Positions 10,280 to 20,506 of a stretch of DNA of 64,000 nt are shown in pieces. A program made the position numbers and the translations under genes. This DNA comes from a bacterium (GTDB taxonomy: Bacteria > SAR324 > NAC60-12). Each line of letters opens with the position of its first letter. Position 1 is the stretch's first letter. Below the pieces are notes generated by a model. It worked only from the letters and a program-made list of their open reading frames with translations. It had not been told where the DNA came from and did not search any database. The stretch covers positions 288,001 through 352,000 of the forward strand of contig CBDDTI010000745.1 of the NCBI GenBank assembly GCA_965233585.1, in the 5' to 3' direction.

Positions 10280-11605
10280 TCAATCGCCTTCTGTCTTCTG
10301 ATGTAAGCAACGTTCTAAATCTGAAATCAAAGTGACAGTTGCTTTTGTTTCTTGGAGGACTTGTAGCCGAGAGATTGTTTTTTCTAGTAGTGAGCAAAGC
10401 CATTCATGGGGGACAGTCATACGAAGATAATAGCGAATGGCTTGGCAAAAATAATGGATAAAACTGGCATAGGAGATAATGACTGCCTCTTCTGTTTTGT
10501 CAGCTGGTTTGAATCCAATTTTTTTAATTGCTTGACCATACAACGAATGCACTTGACGGAAAAGAGCTTTGATTTCTTCAATGGTTTCCTTATTTTCAAT
10601 CCCGTTTTGAATTTGAGTGATGCGACTGAAAATGTGGCTTGTCAAAATTTTAGCTTCAATATGATAAATAGCAGGTGTGTCTGGCTCTATCTTTTTGAGA
10701 ATATCAATAAACTTCAACGTTTCTTTTTCTAAGATTTGAATACCACGAAGGAGTTGCAACACATGAACTGCAGACTTGACAAGATTCTGCTTTTTTTCAT
10801 TTCGGGATTCACTATCTTGCTCAAGTACAAAATCAAGAATTTGACTTTCCGTCACAAAATGATGCTTCAGGGGAATACTTCTTAAAATTTGTTGACTGTG
10901 TTGTTGATAACTTGTCAAGAGTTGAACATTGATCTCCATTCCTTGTATGTATTCTTCCAACTGCTTGCGATTCAACTGATACACATTTTTAGCAGTGCCA
11001 GTTGCACTCCCCGGTGAATTTAACTTTCTTTGAACAGATTTGATTTCTGTTTTGCAACGAGAAATCACTTTTTGGAAATAAACATGCTGAATGTTTAATG
11101 TTTTTTGCAACACAAGACTACTAAAACGTCCATAAGTGGAACAAAGCAATGACTGAAGTAGCAAAATCCGTAATTGATCCACAGAAAATTCACGACCACT
11201 TCTTAGAACATGGGACACGAGTTCTATGCGAGTTTCAATATCTTGGGGATCAGACTTGAGAATCTTGACTAAGTCTTTAGATTTTTTGGTAGGGTGCAAG
11301 GCTAGCAAATCCTGGGCAAATAAACCGGGTGAGTGTTTTTTTTTGAACAAAAGCAACAGTTGTTTGACCAAAAAGTGTTTAGATTGCCAGAGTTCAATCT
11401 CTTCAAGGCGGATTTCTAGATCGTTTCTCCAAGTATCAATTAAACCCGGAACATTTCCAATGTTATCCAGCTTGAGCGGTTTTTGTCCAAAGCCTTGTTT
11501 TTTTTCTTTTAGTTTCGCTTGAAAATGAGAAAGATGTTCACTCACAATCTGGCTTTTGTCATCTACATCAATGGTAATTTTTTCTGTTCCTGTTAGCTCT
11601 TCCAA
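10280..11605 (-). CDS. Hypothetical helical protein (441 aa)
   Basis: Long ORF with no recognised motif. Confidence 0.7.
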   Translation of the reverse strand: MEELTGTEKITIDVDDKSQIVSEHLSHFQAKLKEKKQGFGQKPLKLDNIGNVPGLIDTWRNDLEIRLEEIELWQSKHFLVKQLLLLFKKKHSPGLFAQDLLALHPTKKSKDLVKILKSDPQDIETRIELVSHVLRSGREFSVDQLRILLLQSLLCSTYGRFSSLVLQKTLNIQHVYFQKVISRCKTEIKSVQRKLNSPGSATGTAKNVYQLNRKQLEEYIQGMEINVQLLTSYQQHSQQILRSIPLKHHFVTESQILDFVLEQDSESRNEKKQNLVKSAVHVLQLLRGIQILEKETLKFIDILKKIEPDTPAIYHIEAKILTSHIFSRITQIQNGIENKETIEEIKALFRQVHSLYGQAIKKIGFKPADKTEEAVIISYASFIHYFCQAIRYYLRMTVPHEWLCSLLEKTISRLQVLQETKATVTLISDLERCLHQKTEGD

Positions 11606-11724
11606 TTTGATTTTAAAGTGAGAGTTGATTCAGTCAACGGTGTATTAGAGTATTTTGAGATGAAAAATTAAGATAAGACATGACAAAAAACAGCATTTTT
11701 TCAAAAAATTAGCAAAATTTACGC

Positions 11725-13317
11725 CTAAAAATCAAATATTGAAGGATATACAAAGTTAAAAGTCACAATCAAATACTTTTCTTCAAAGTCTTCAGGCAAA
11801 TCTGATAAATCTGCCGCACCAATCACAGCATCTAATACAGAATTGACCATCAAAGTACTGACATCATAGTTTAACACCTCATAACTGATTAAGTCCCCAT
11901 GTTGGTCCAGTGTGACGCTGACTTGGACAGTTCCACCTTGTGGCACTTGTCCCGAAATATAATCAGTGGGCGGAGAGTTTTCCCAGTGTGCAATCAAGAT
12001 TTTTGCCCAGTATCCCATGTAAGATTCATACTGCCAATTATAGTTATTAAGCTGGTAAAAGTTCCGATTGTTTGTCTCCCAAGCTCCATTTTGGATTCCG
12101 TCTTGTGGAGGTTGAATGCTAATTTTAGGGGTTGAATTTGCTGGTTGTTCAGAAAATAAATAATTTTCAGCTAACGGTGCAAGTAGATTTTGTTGTTGAC
12201 CTTTTCCCTCGGTTGTGGGTTCATCTGCTATTTGGGGTAATTCATTAGTCTGGTTTGTTTTTTCTTCTTGTTGCTGTAAAGGTTCTTTGATTTCAGCCTG
12301 TTGTGCAGTGCTTGGTAAATCATTTGGAGAAACCTTTTGGCGAATAGTCTGGTTTGTGTTTTCTTCTTGTTGCTGTAAAGGTTCTTTGATTTCAGACTGT
12401 TGTGCAGTGCTTGGTAAATCATTCGGAGAAACCTTTTGGCGAATAGTCTGGTTTGTGTTTTCTTCTTGTTGCTGTAAAGGTTCTTTGATTTCAGACTGTT
12501 GTGCAGTGCTTGGTAAATCATTCGGAGAAACCTTTTGGCGAATAGTCTGGTTTGTGTTTTCTTCTTGTTGCTGTAAAGGTTCTTTGATTTCAGACTGTTG
12601 TGCAGTGCTTGGTAAATCATTTTTTGTCTCAGTTGGTTGTTCTAAAGGCTTCGCTTGGTTTTGGATTTCTGGTTTTTGTTGTAAAGATAATTCTTTAGCT
12701 TTGACAGTATTGCTTCTTCTTTGTTGAGGAGGGGAAAGGATTTTTTCTTTTTGAGGTTTTTGTATAGGTTTGACTGATTGTTTTGGGGCTGGTTCTGGAA
12801 TCAGGCGGGGTGCCGCTTCTGCTGCCTTGAGGTTTTTGATACTCAGCTTTTTCTTTTCATCTTCTGGAATCAAACGATTTAACAGAACCTCGTCTTCTTT
12901 AATGGGCTTGACTTCTTTGAGTGGTGGAGGAGGAACTTCTTTAGGAGGTGTCTCTTTTTTCTCTGGAGGAACTTCTCTAGGGGTGTTGTCTTTTGGAGTT
13001 AAGGATTTTGGAATAGTCTGTTTAAGAGTATTGTCTTTTGGAGTTAAAGGTTTTGGGGCAGTCTGTGGAGGAGGGACTTCTTTCTTTTTTTGGGGTGTAG
13101 GATTGATTGTTTCAGGAGGTATGACAGATGTTTCAGAAAAATCAATCAAGATGGTGTCGTCAGGAGTAGAAGAACGAGTCTGGCTTAACCATGAATTGAA
13201 TTGTGAAAATAAGAGCAAATGAATGATGAGAGCAAAGAGAAAAGCACTAGCTTGGAAGTGATGGGATTTAATCAGGTGAATCAAATGCCCTTGGGGCATA
13301 GAAGTAACCATTTTCAA
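11725..13317 (-). CDS. TonB/TolA-like membrane-anchored protein with Pro/Gln-rich linker
   Basis: N-terminal TM with SxxxH-like motif (ALIIHLLL), Pro/Lys-rich spacer, C-terminal TonB_C-like domain (YWAKI..W..P...V.V.LD..G...LPEDF). Confidence 0.65.
   Translation of the reverse strand: MKMVTSMPQGHLIHLIKSHHFQASAFLFALIIHLLLFSQFNSWLSQTRSSTPDDTILIDFSETSVIPPETINPTPQKKKEVPPPQTAPKPLTPKDNTLKQTIPKSLTPKDNTPREVPPEKKETPPKEVPPPPLKEVKPIKEDEVLLNRLIPEDEKKKLSIKNLKAAEAAPRLIPEPAPKQSVKPIQKPQKEKILSPPQQRRSNTVKAKELSLQQKPEIQNQAKPLEQPTETKNDLPSTAQQSEIKEPLQQQEENTNQTIRQKVSPNDLPSTAQQSEIKEPLQQQEENTNQTIRQKVSPNDLPSTAQQSEIKEPLQQQEENTNQTIRQKVSPNDLPSTAQQAEIKEPLQQQEEKTNQTNELPQIADEPTTEGKGQQQNLLAPLAENYLFSEQPANSTPKISIQPPQDGIQNGAWETNNRNFYQLNNYNWQYESYMGYWAKILIAHWENSPPTDYISGQVPQGGTVQVSVTLDQHGDLISYEVLNYDVSTLMVNSVLDAVIGAADLSDLPEDFEEKYLIVTFNFVYPSIFDF
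12240..12622. repeat. 99-bp (33-aa) tandem repeat, about 3.8 copies
   Basis: NDLPSTAQQSEIKEPLQQQEENTNQTIRQKVSP repeated with near-perfect DNA identity. Confidence 0.92.
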
Positions 13318-13552
13318 CAGAAGGACTAAAAGATTCAGGTGTGCTTTCTTGTGTTACAGAAACATCTTGACGAAAAAGTTGCATAGACGTTTCATCACGG
13401 TCTTTGTTTTGTTCTGTCATTTCCAAATGATCCAACATCTGAAAATACTCCAAAATCTCTGAAAATTGTTTTGCAAATTGTTGCTTTTCATTCTCATTTA
13501 GTTCCAATGCTGCAAGTTTTGCAACCCTTTCAGCATCTTCAGTATTCCACAT
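13268..13552 (-). CDS. gatC: Asp/Glu-tRNA amidotransferase subunit C
   Basis: VAKLAALEL..E...F..Q.SEILEYFQML..L..FRQD...GYF.P; ATG at 13552 preferred over the ORF-track start 13570. Confidence 0.85.
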   Translation of the reverse strand: MWNTEDAERVAKLAALELNENEKQQFAKQFSEILEYFQMLDHLEMTEQNKDRDETSMQLFRQDVSVTQESTPESFSPSVENGYFYAPRAFDSPD

Positions 13553-13574
13553 ACAAATTCCTAACTTCAAAATC

Positions 13575-14021
13575 TTATGATGCGATCATGAGTTTCAACT
13601 TCACATCAGCAGTTGCTACAACCTGCTCATTCACGCAAGCTACACCTTTGATGAAGCAAAAACTTTTTCGTTCAGAAAGAATCCACGCCTCAAGAATCAA
13701 CTGATCACCAGGAACGACAGGTTGTTTAAAACGAGAAGAATCTACTCCTCCAAGTAAAAACGCAACATCACTTGGATTCGCTTTGGATTGAGAAATAGCA
13801 ATGCCAGCCGCTTGAGTCAGTGCTTCTATAATTAAGACCCCTGGCATCACAGGATTATTAGGGAAATGTCCTTGAAAAAAAGGCTCGCTCCCTGAAACAT
13901 TCTTGACTGCTTTGCAGTACGTCCCTTCCTTCACCTCTAAAACACGGTCTAATAGCAAAAAAGGATAGCGGTGTGGGATAGCATCTTGGATTTGCTTGAA
14001 ATCTAGCATCATATTTTTCAA
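13575..14021 (-). CDS. fabZ: 3-hydroxyacyl-ACP dehydratase
   Basis: IPHRYPFLLLDR, FFQGHFP..PVMPGVLIIEA, F..PVVPGD. Confidence 0.96.
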   Translation of the reverse strand: MKNMMLDFKQIQDAIPHRYPFLLLDRVLEVKEGTYCKAVKNVSGSEPFFQGHFPNNPVMPGVLIIEALTQAAGIAISQSKANPSDVAFLLGGVDSSRFKQPVVPGDQLILEAWILSERKSFCFIKGVACVNEQVVATADVKLKLMIAS

Positions 14022-14569
14022 TTTGAAGATTTATCCGACTCTTGAACAGGCACTTGTAAAGTGTTGTACTGATCTATGACCTTCTGTGTAATATCCTCAA
14101 AACTATAACGGCTGAATAGAATAATTTGGGCTGCATTCTTTTCAAGCACGAAGTCGTATCCGTCTTTAAGGCTGATTGTGCGAATAGTTGGTCTTAGTTC
14201 CTGAAACACGGCTTGAGTGAGTCGCCTTTCTTCTTGCCGCAAACTCGCTTCAATTTGTTGGGTTTCTCTGCGAAACTCTTGTTCTCGCTGAAGCAATTCT
14301 TGCTCTTTCTTTTGTCTTGCCTCTGGGGTGAGAAGCAAATTGTTACGCAACTCTGCAATTTCTCTGCGAAGGTCTTGCCCTTTTAAATTCAACTCTTCTC
14401 GGCGAGAACGGACTTTAGATTCTAGTGAATTTTTAATCTGTATGCCTTTTTGTGATTCATTCAAAGCACGATTCATGTCCACAACTGCAACTTTAATGTT
14501 TTGTGCATAAACCCAGCCTGAAAGAACAAAAAAGAACGAACCAAGTATCAAAAATTGTAACGATTTCAT
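14018..14569 (-). CDS. skp: OmpH/Skp periplasmic chaperone
   Basis: Signal peptide, KVAVVDM, coiled coil, GYDFVL, DIT..VI. Confidence 0.88.
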   Translation of the reverse strand: MKSLQFLILGSFFFVLSGWVYAQNIKVAVVDMNRALNESQKGIQIKNSLESKVRSRREELNLKGQDLRREIAELRNNLLLTPEARQKKEQELLQREQEFRRETQQIEASLRQEERRLTQAVFQELRPTIRTISLKDGYDFVLEKNAAQIILFSRYSFEDITQKVIDQYNTLQVPVQESDKSSN

Positions 14570-14587
14570 AAGATAAAAATGGAGTAG

Positions 14588-16477
14588 TTAAATAAAAATA
14601 AGATACCAACCTATCACAACAGCACCCAACATGAAAAACATGATGTATTGTTGGATAGACCCACCGACTACAACTTGTAAACCTCTTGCGCTTTGTTTAC
14701 AAAATGTAGCAAAAGTCACAATGATACCATTAATGACAAAAAAATCCAAAATTTTGTACAAAATATACTTTGAAAAATAACGAAGAGGCAACACTATGAC
14801 AATTTGGTAGAGTTCATCAACATAAAATTTGTTGAATAAGAGGCGATGCAGACCTACTAACTTTGTCTGCAAATGAGCTACTTTGTTCAACTCTGTATCA
14901 TAGAGAGATTTGGCAAACCATGCAGCAAAGACAGCACCTAACACAGAAGACGCCATTAAAACAATCTCTTCAACGGCACTACCAGAGATGAATTGTTCAG
15001 GAAAGACTCCATCAAAATACAAATTTAAAAAATGTGGTGCATAAAAAATATGAGGAATGCCAACAAATCCCCCAAAAACTGCCAAGACAGCCAAAAGAGC
15101 AAGAGGGATTCTCATTGTATATGGTGATTCGTGAACATGTAACAATTTCTTTGGGTCAAGCCTTGATTTTCCTCCAAACGTCAGAAAGAACAGTCGGAAC
15201 ATATAAAATGCCGTCAATAAAGAAGTTCCCCATGCCACAAACCAAAATGGTTTCCATTGAGAGTTCCAAATGTGCCACAAGATTTCATCTTTACTAAAAA
15301 AACCACTCAATGGCGCAATGCCTGCGATTGCAAGAGTTCCACACAACATCATCAAATAAGTAAACGGCAACTTCTTTCTAAGCCCTCCCATCTTGCATAA
15401 ATTTTGTTCATGGTGTAAAGAATGAATAACCGCACCCGCACCAAGAAATAAGAGAGCTTTAAAAAACGCATGGGTGAGAACATGGAAGACTCCGCTTGTG
15501 AACGCACCAACTCCCATCGCCATAAACATATACCCTAACTGGCTGACAGTAGAGTATGCCAGTACTTTTTTGATGTCTGTTTGCGTGATTGCCATCAATG
15601 CTGCCAATAATGCTGTCAGCATTCCCACAAAAAAGATGAGTTGCATGATGCTGGGTGAGAGAATGAAAAGCTCGCTTAATCTTGCAATCAGGTATAGCCC
15701 TGACGTCACCATAGTCGCAGCATGAATGAGAGCAGAAACGGGGGTCGGTCCCTCCATCGCATCAGGAAGCCAGATATAAAGGGGAAGTTGAGCAGACTTG
15801 GCAGTAGTTGCCCAAAGCAGTCCCAAAAGTCCTAAATTCAATGCCCATGGGGTTGCCTCCAGAATAGATTTTCCTCCTAGAATTTCAGAAAAACTGACTC
15901 CCCCTAAAAAAGCAAAAAAGACCATCAGAGCTATGACAAATCCAAAATCACCAATGCGGTTGACAATAAAGGCTTTTTGCCCTGCCTTTGCTGCCTCATC
16001 TTTGTTCAAATAAAAACCAATGAGAAGATATGAACATAAACCGACCCCTTCCCAGCCCACAAAAAGTAAAATTAAATTGTCTGCTAAGATAAGAGTCAAC
16101 ATAAAAAAGATGAACAAATTGAGATAGGCAAAGAAACGATAGCTTCCCTTCTCTTCTGACATGTAGCCAATAGAATACAAATGAATCAATGAGGCAATGC
16201 CTGTAATAAATAAGCTAAACAGGGCAGAAAGAGTATTGAGTTCCAAAGTTGCAGAAAATGTTGTCTCACCTAGCATGACCCATTGATACAAATGTTCTTT
16301 GAGTGGAGAACCTGACTCCTTCATTTGGAAAAAGAGCAACACTGCTTGAACAAATGCACCGCTCACTGCCAAAGTGGCAATCCACCCTGAAGTCCTATGA
16401 GACAAAGAACGACCTACAATGCTATTGATGAGAAAACCTAATAAAGGAAGTAATAAAAGCAGACTGATATTGCTCAT
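14588..16477 (-). CDS. nuoL: NADH-quinone oxidoreductase subunit L
   Basis: GWEGVGLCSYLLIGF, KSAQLPL.WLPDAMEGPTPVSALIHAATMV, KKVLAYSTVSQLG. Confidence 0.97.
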   Translation of the reverse strand: MSNISLLLLLPLLGFLINSIVGRSLSHRTSGWIATLAVSGAFVQAVLLFFQMKESGSPLKEHLYQWVMLGETTFSATLELNTLSALFSLFITGIASLIHLYSIGYMSEEKGSYRFFAYLNLFIFFMLTLILADNLILLFVGWEGVGLCSYLLIGFYLNKDEAAKAGQKAFIVNRIGDFGFVIALMVFFAFLGGVSFSEILGGKSILEATPWALNLGLLGLLWATTAKSAQLPLYIWLPDAMEGPTPVSALIHAATMVTSGLYLIARLSELFILSPSIMQLIFFVGMLTALLAALMAITQTDIKKVLAYSTVSQLGYMFMAMGVGAFTSGVFHVLTHAFFKALLFLGAGAVIHSLHHEQNLCKMGGLRKKLPFTYLMMLCGTLAIAGIAPLSGFFSKDEILWHIWNSQWKPFWFVAWGTSLLTAFYMFRLFFLTFGGKSRLDPKKLLHVHESPYTMRIPLALLAVLAVFGGFVGIPHIFYAPHFLNLYFDGVFPEQFISGSAVEEIVLMASSVLGAVFAAWFAKSLYDTELNKVAHLQTKLVGLHRLLFNKFYVDELYQIVIVLPLRYFSKYILYKILDFFVINGIIVTFATFCKQSARGLQVVVGGSIQQYIMFFMLGAVVIGWYLIFI

Positions 16478-16782
16478 TTTTTTTCAGACAATAAAGTTAA
16501 ATTTTCAATGCTGAGGTCATTTAGTTTTCTGTAAATGGCTAAGATGATAGAAAGCCCGACAACTACTTCAGGTGCGGCAATGACGATTGTAAAAAAGGTC
16601 ATCATCATACCATCAAGCGAGTCTATTTGCCTTGCAAAGGTGATGAAAGCAAGGTTTGCTGCATTGAGAATCAATTCTACGGACATTAAAACAACAATTA
16701 AATTGCGTCTTGTGACCATTCCTAAAATTCCAATAGAAAACAAAGCAATGCTTAAAAACAGAGTATATTCGGCAGGAATCAT
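16474..16782 (-). CDS. nuoK: NADH-quinone oxidoreductase subunit K
   Basis: RRNLIVVLMSVELILNAANL, IAAPEVVVGL. Confidence 0.95.
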   Translation of the reverse strand: MIPAEYTLFLSIALFSIGILGMVTRRNLIVVLMSVELILNAANLAFITFARQIDSLDGMMMTFFTIVIAAPEVVVGLSIILAIYRKLNDLSIENLTLLSEKK

Positions 16783-16959
16783 GATTGTGAAAAAATGGAG
16801 ATCATTGAATGGATTGAATGAAAAGTGGGTTTGAGAGGCTTAATCTTAAATCAGGAACAACGTCAGTGCATTTGGAACGCATGGATTTCGCAGGCATTGA
16901 TGAGCTTGTCATCTAAATCACGAGTCGTTCATCAAGAACTTTTGAGTCAAACATGAGGG

Positions 16960-17475
16960 TTAAGTTTTTTTGGGTTTTTGTTTGGCAATCGCAACAGCAC
17001 CCATGACTGAAATCAAGAAAAGTAGAGAGACCGCTTCAAAAGGCACAAGATACTTTCCATAAAGAAAATCACCAACCAACTTGACAAATCCTTTTTCTTG
17101 AATGAATTGCACAGAATAAATATCGCGTTGGTCGCTCCATTTGGCAACCATGATGATTCCCATAGCTTGCACCATAAAAAATCCTACCAAAACCATTCCG
17201 CCAATTTTATACCATTTGAAAGTGATTTTTTCAGTTTTAGGCTGAATCCGTAGCAACATGATGATGAACAAAAATAGCACCATAATTGCCCCAGCATAGA
17301 TCAGAATTTGCACCATCGCAATAAACTCTGCATTCATTAGAATGTAAATTGCCCCAAGCGAAACAAACGAACTGACTAATGAAAGACCGCAATAAATGGG
17401 ATTACGAAAAGAAATAGCCCCCAAAGCACCTAAAATGACACAGACACCAAAAAAATAAAAAAACAACAGAACCAT
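16960..17475 (-). CDS. nuoJ: NADH-quinone oxidoreductase subunit J
   Basis: NPIY, AEFIA.VQILIYAGAIMVLFLF.IML, YLVPFE. Confidence 0.95.
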   Translation of the reverse strand: MVLLFFYFFGVCVILGALGAISFRNPIYCGLSLVSSFVSLGAIYILMNAEFIAMVQILIYAGAIMVLFLFIIMLLRIQPKTEKITFKWYKIGGMVLVGFFMVQAMGIIMVAKWSDQRDIYSVQFIQEKGFVKLVGDFLYGKYLVPFEAVSLLFLISVMGAVAIAKQKPKKT

Positions 17476-17477
17476 GT

Positions 17478-19103
17478 TTAATGCAAAGAAATTTGGTTGT
17501 GATTTGATGACTCTACAAGAGTTGGTTGAAACATGACGCCTTGTTGTGGCACTTCACAAACATCGCTCCACTTCTCTTGGTTTTGCTTTAAATGTTGCAG
17601 TAGCTCGCTACGTGTCTTCCAAAAGGCGTGTTTTCCAAACCAAGCAAAAAGGTTTGTAATGATTTCCCACTGCGGTTTAGTCTTTTCTGGGGGGTAAAGT
17701 GCCATCTCAAATTGTTGAAGTCTAGAATGTTTATTGAGAAACAACCCTTGTTTTTCAACAGCAATTTGACCGGGGAGAGCCACATCAGCCATATTGAGCC
17801 AATCGTTTGTAAAATCTCCAATCCAAATAATCAATGGCACTGTCGCAAATTTTTTCTGTAAATCAGAATGGTCTTTCAGAGGGTTGCCAACCACAATGAG
17901 CAGCTTAGGAGAAGATTCAAGAGCCTCTTGAATTTGTTGGTCTTTTTCATCTCCTTTTAAACCAAGAGCCTTTGCTCCTGCTTGATTGGGAGTTTTGTCA
18001 GTTGTGATGATGGAATCAATAAAACGTCCTGTGTCAGGTTGAGTCCAGTGTCTTTTTGGAAAAAAGATTTGGTCTGACTGAAAAACCTCCTTCATCAAGG
18101 TTTGCAGTGCATACATTTCCTCAATACTCGCATGAGTGTCTGTCAACGCCATGACTTCTGTTGGGAGGGCAGAAAAATCTTTCAAAACCTCAACAAGAGC
18201 CTCTTGAATTTCTTGCCAGCCTGTTTGTACTAGACTTCCGTTAGAACGACCTTGGGGCATCATCACACGGTCTTTATGGCTGTTGAACTTCTTATGAGCA
18301 AGCCTGCCATGATCGCACATCCACCACTTGTTGACGTCCTGATTCTCCCGTGGCTTGATTCTGTAAATTTTGTTTTGATTCACCTCCACAGAAATATTGC
18401 AACCCGTTGAACAACCCGTACAAATGGAGGCTGCTTTTTTTAAAAACCAGACGCGTTTTTTGAAGCGAAATTCTCGTTCGGTAATTGCTCCAACAGGACA
18501 GATGTCTGCCAAATTTCCTTGAAACAAATTGACCATCTCAGCATCGTGATAGGTGTCCACAGTCAGTTGATGATTACGATTGAACACACCAATTTCATGA
18601 GTTTGAGTGATTTCTGTGGTAAAACGTTCGCAACGTGTGCAGTGAATACAGCGATTTCTTTCTAGTGCGACAAACGTCCCGATGTTTCTCCAGCCGTACA
18701 CTCTTTTGGCATATTCCATTTCAGAACGACCTGAACCATATTTGTTGGAATAATCTTGCAAGGAACATTCTCCTGATTGGTCACAAATTGGACAATCAAG
18801 GGGGTGATTGAGCAACAGCATTTCCATTACCATCTCGCGGGCGTTTTTGACACTTTGAGTTTGGGTAGAAATTCTCATGCCGTCCATTGCATCAGTAGAA
18901 CAGGAGGTCAGCAGTTTTGGTGCAGGTCTGCCATTTCCCATATCCTTCACTTCTACCAAGCACATACGGCAAGTTGCCACGATAGAAAGAGCAGGGTGAT
19001 AACAATAATGAGGGATTTCAATTCCCGTTTTTTTAGCAATTTCAAGAATCTTTTCTCCCTTCTCAAATTCAAAGGGCTGGTCGTTAATGTAGATTTGTGG
19101 CAT
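17478..19103 (-). CDS. nuoG: NADH-quinone oxidoreductase subunit G (short form)
   Basis: IPHYCYH..CRMCLVE, NHPLDCPICDQSGEC.LQ, RCIHCTRC.RF, C.GCSTGC; likely ATG at 19103. Confidence 0.93.
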   Translation of the reverse strand: MPQIYINDQPFEFEKGEKILEIAKKTGIEIPHYCYHPALSIVATCRMCLVEVKDMGNGRPAPKLLTSCSTDAMDGMRISTQTQSVKNAREMVMEMLLLNHPLDCPICDQSGECSLQDYSNKYGSGRSEMEYAKRVYGWRNIGTFVALERNRCIHCTRCERFTTEITQTHEIGVFNRNHQLTVDTYHDAEMVNLFQGNLADICPVGAITEREFRFKKRVWFLKKAASICTGCSTGCNISVEVNQNKIYRIKPRENQDVNKWWMCDHGRLAHKKFNSHKDRVMMPQGRSNGSLVQTGWQEIQEALVEVLKDFSALPTEVMALTDTHASIEEMYALQTLMKEVFQSDQIFFPKRHWTQPDTGRFIDSIITTDKTPNQAGAKALGLKGDEKDQQIQEALESSPKLLIVVGNPLKDHSDLQKKFATVPLIIWIGDFTNDWLNMADVALPGQIAVEKQGLFLNKHSRLQQFEMALYPPEKTKPQWEIITNLFAWFGKHAFWKTRSELLQHLKQNQEKWSDVCEVPQQGVMFQPTLVESSNHNQISLH

Positions 19104-19243
19104 ATCCTTAAAAATAGTTAAATCTTTTGAGTCCTTCAGAGGAACGAACGATGTCAACTAGACTAATTTTGTTCCCGTTCTAAACAATCTTTATTATAGC
19201 ATTGATGACTCATGTTTTTATCAATGGTTGTTGAACGTAGAAT

Positions 19244-20500
19244 CTATGCGGCTTTGCTAAACGTTTTTCTGAAATCACCAGCAAATTTTGTGGCAAATGC
19301 CATAATTGGTATGCCTGCCGCGTCGCCTAATGCACAAAGTGTTGTGCCAATCATGCTTCTGCCAACACGTTGGAGTCTCAAAAGCCTTTCTTCTGTCCCT
19401 CTGCCTTCCTTAAAATCACGCAAAATCATCTTCGCCCAGTTCCCTCCTTCTCGGCACGGGGTGCATTGCCCGCATGACTCATGGTTATAAAAAACGATCA
19501 ATCTGTGCAACAAACTGATAACATCCGTGTGTTCATCAAAGACAATGATTGCCCCTGACCCCATCATTGTTCCTGCTTTGGCAAGGGAGTCATAGTCGTA
19601 AGGAATCTCAATTTCATCAGGTAATAGAACAGGAGAAGATGACCCACCGGGAATGACCCCTTTCAGCGCAGCTCCATTTTTAATGCCACCTCCTAAATCG
19701 TAAATGATGTCCTTGAGAGGCACACCCATTTTCAATTCATAAATTCCCGGACGATTAACATGTCCGCTTAAACTGACAAGATGTGTGCCTGCACTGTTTG
19801 GTGAGCCAAGTTCTTGAAAGGCTTTTGCGCCATGTTGCACGATAAAAGGCAAATTGGTCACTGTTTCAACATTGTTGACGCTTGTTGGGCATCCATCAAA
19901 TCCAGAGACAGCAGGAAATGGGGGTTTGACACGGGGCTGACCTCGTTTGCCTTCCAGAGAATCCAACAATGCTGTTTCTTCTCCGCAAATATAAGCGCCT
20001 GCTCCTGGGTGAATGAACACATCAAGGTCAAAAGTAGAACCCAAAATGCCTTTGCCTAAAAATCCTGCTTGATAGCATTCGTCAATGGCTTGTTGCAGAC
20101 GCTTCATCGCATAAGCAAATTCTCCTCTGACATAGACGTATCCATGATGACAACCTAAAGCATAGCAACCAATGGCAAACCCTTCTAAAAACAGCAAGGG
20201 GTCTTTGGTTAGAATTTCACGGTCTTTGCAGGTGCCGGGTTCTCCTTCATCAGCATTGATGACAAGGTATGAAGGCTTGCCTGTGTTTTTTGCCATGAAG
20301 CCCCATTTCATGCCTGTTGAAAAACCTGCACCCCCACGACCTCTTAAACCTGATTCTTCCACTAAAGCGACAAGCACTTCGGGTCTCATCTGAAGTGCTT
20401 TTTGGAGAGCATGAAAACCGCCAGCTTTTTGATAAGATACCAAGTCTCCCTGATACCCTGCTTGGCGAATATTTTTAAAAAGAACAAGTGTTTCTTCCAT
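19244..20500 (-). CDS. nuoF: NADH-quinone oxidoreductase subunit F
   Basis: GLRGRGGAGF, NADEGEPGT, GAGAYICGEETAL, ESCGQCTPCREG. Confidence 0.97.
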   Translation of the reverse strand: MEETLVLFKNIRQAGYQGDLVSYQKAGGFHALQKALQMRPEVLVALVEESGLRGRGGAGFSTGMKWGFMAKNTGKPSYLVINADEGEPGTCKDREILTKDPLLFLEGFAIGCYALGCHHGYVYVRGEFAYAMKRLQQAIDECYQAGFLGKGILGSTFDLDVFIHPGAGAYICGEETALLDSLEGKRGQPRVKPPFPAVSGFDGCPTSVNNVETVTNLPFIVQHGAKAFQELGSPNSAGTHLVSLSGHVNRPGIYELKMGVPLKDIIYDLGGGIKNGAALKGVIPGGSSSPVLLPDEIEIPYDYDSLAKAGTMMGSGAIIVFDEHTDVISLLHRLIVFYNHESCGQCTPCREGGNWAKMILRDFKEGRGTEERLLRLQRVGRSMIGTTLCALGDAAGIPIMAFATKFAGDFRKTFSKAA

Positions 20501-20506
20501 GTGTTT

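Noticed and set aside
16783..16959. Possible small gene in the nuoJ-nuoK gap
   Set aside because: Only short ORFs of 13 and 36 codons without recognisable features.
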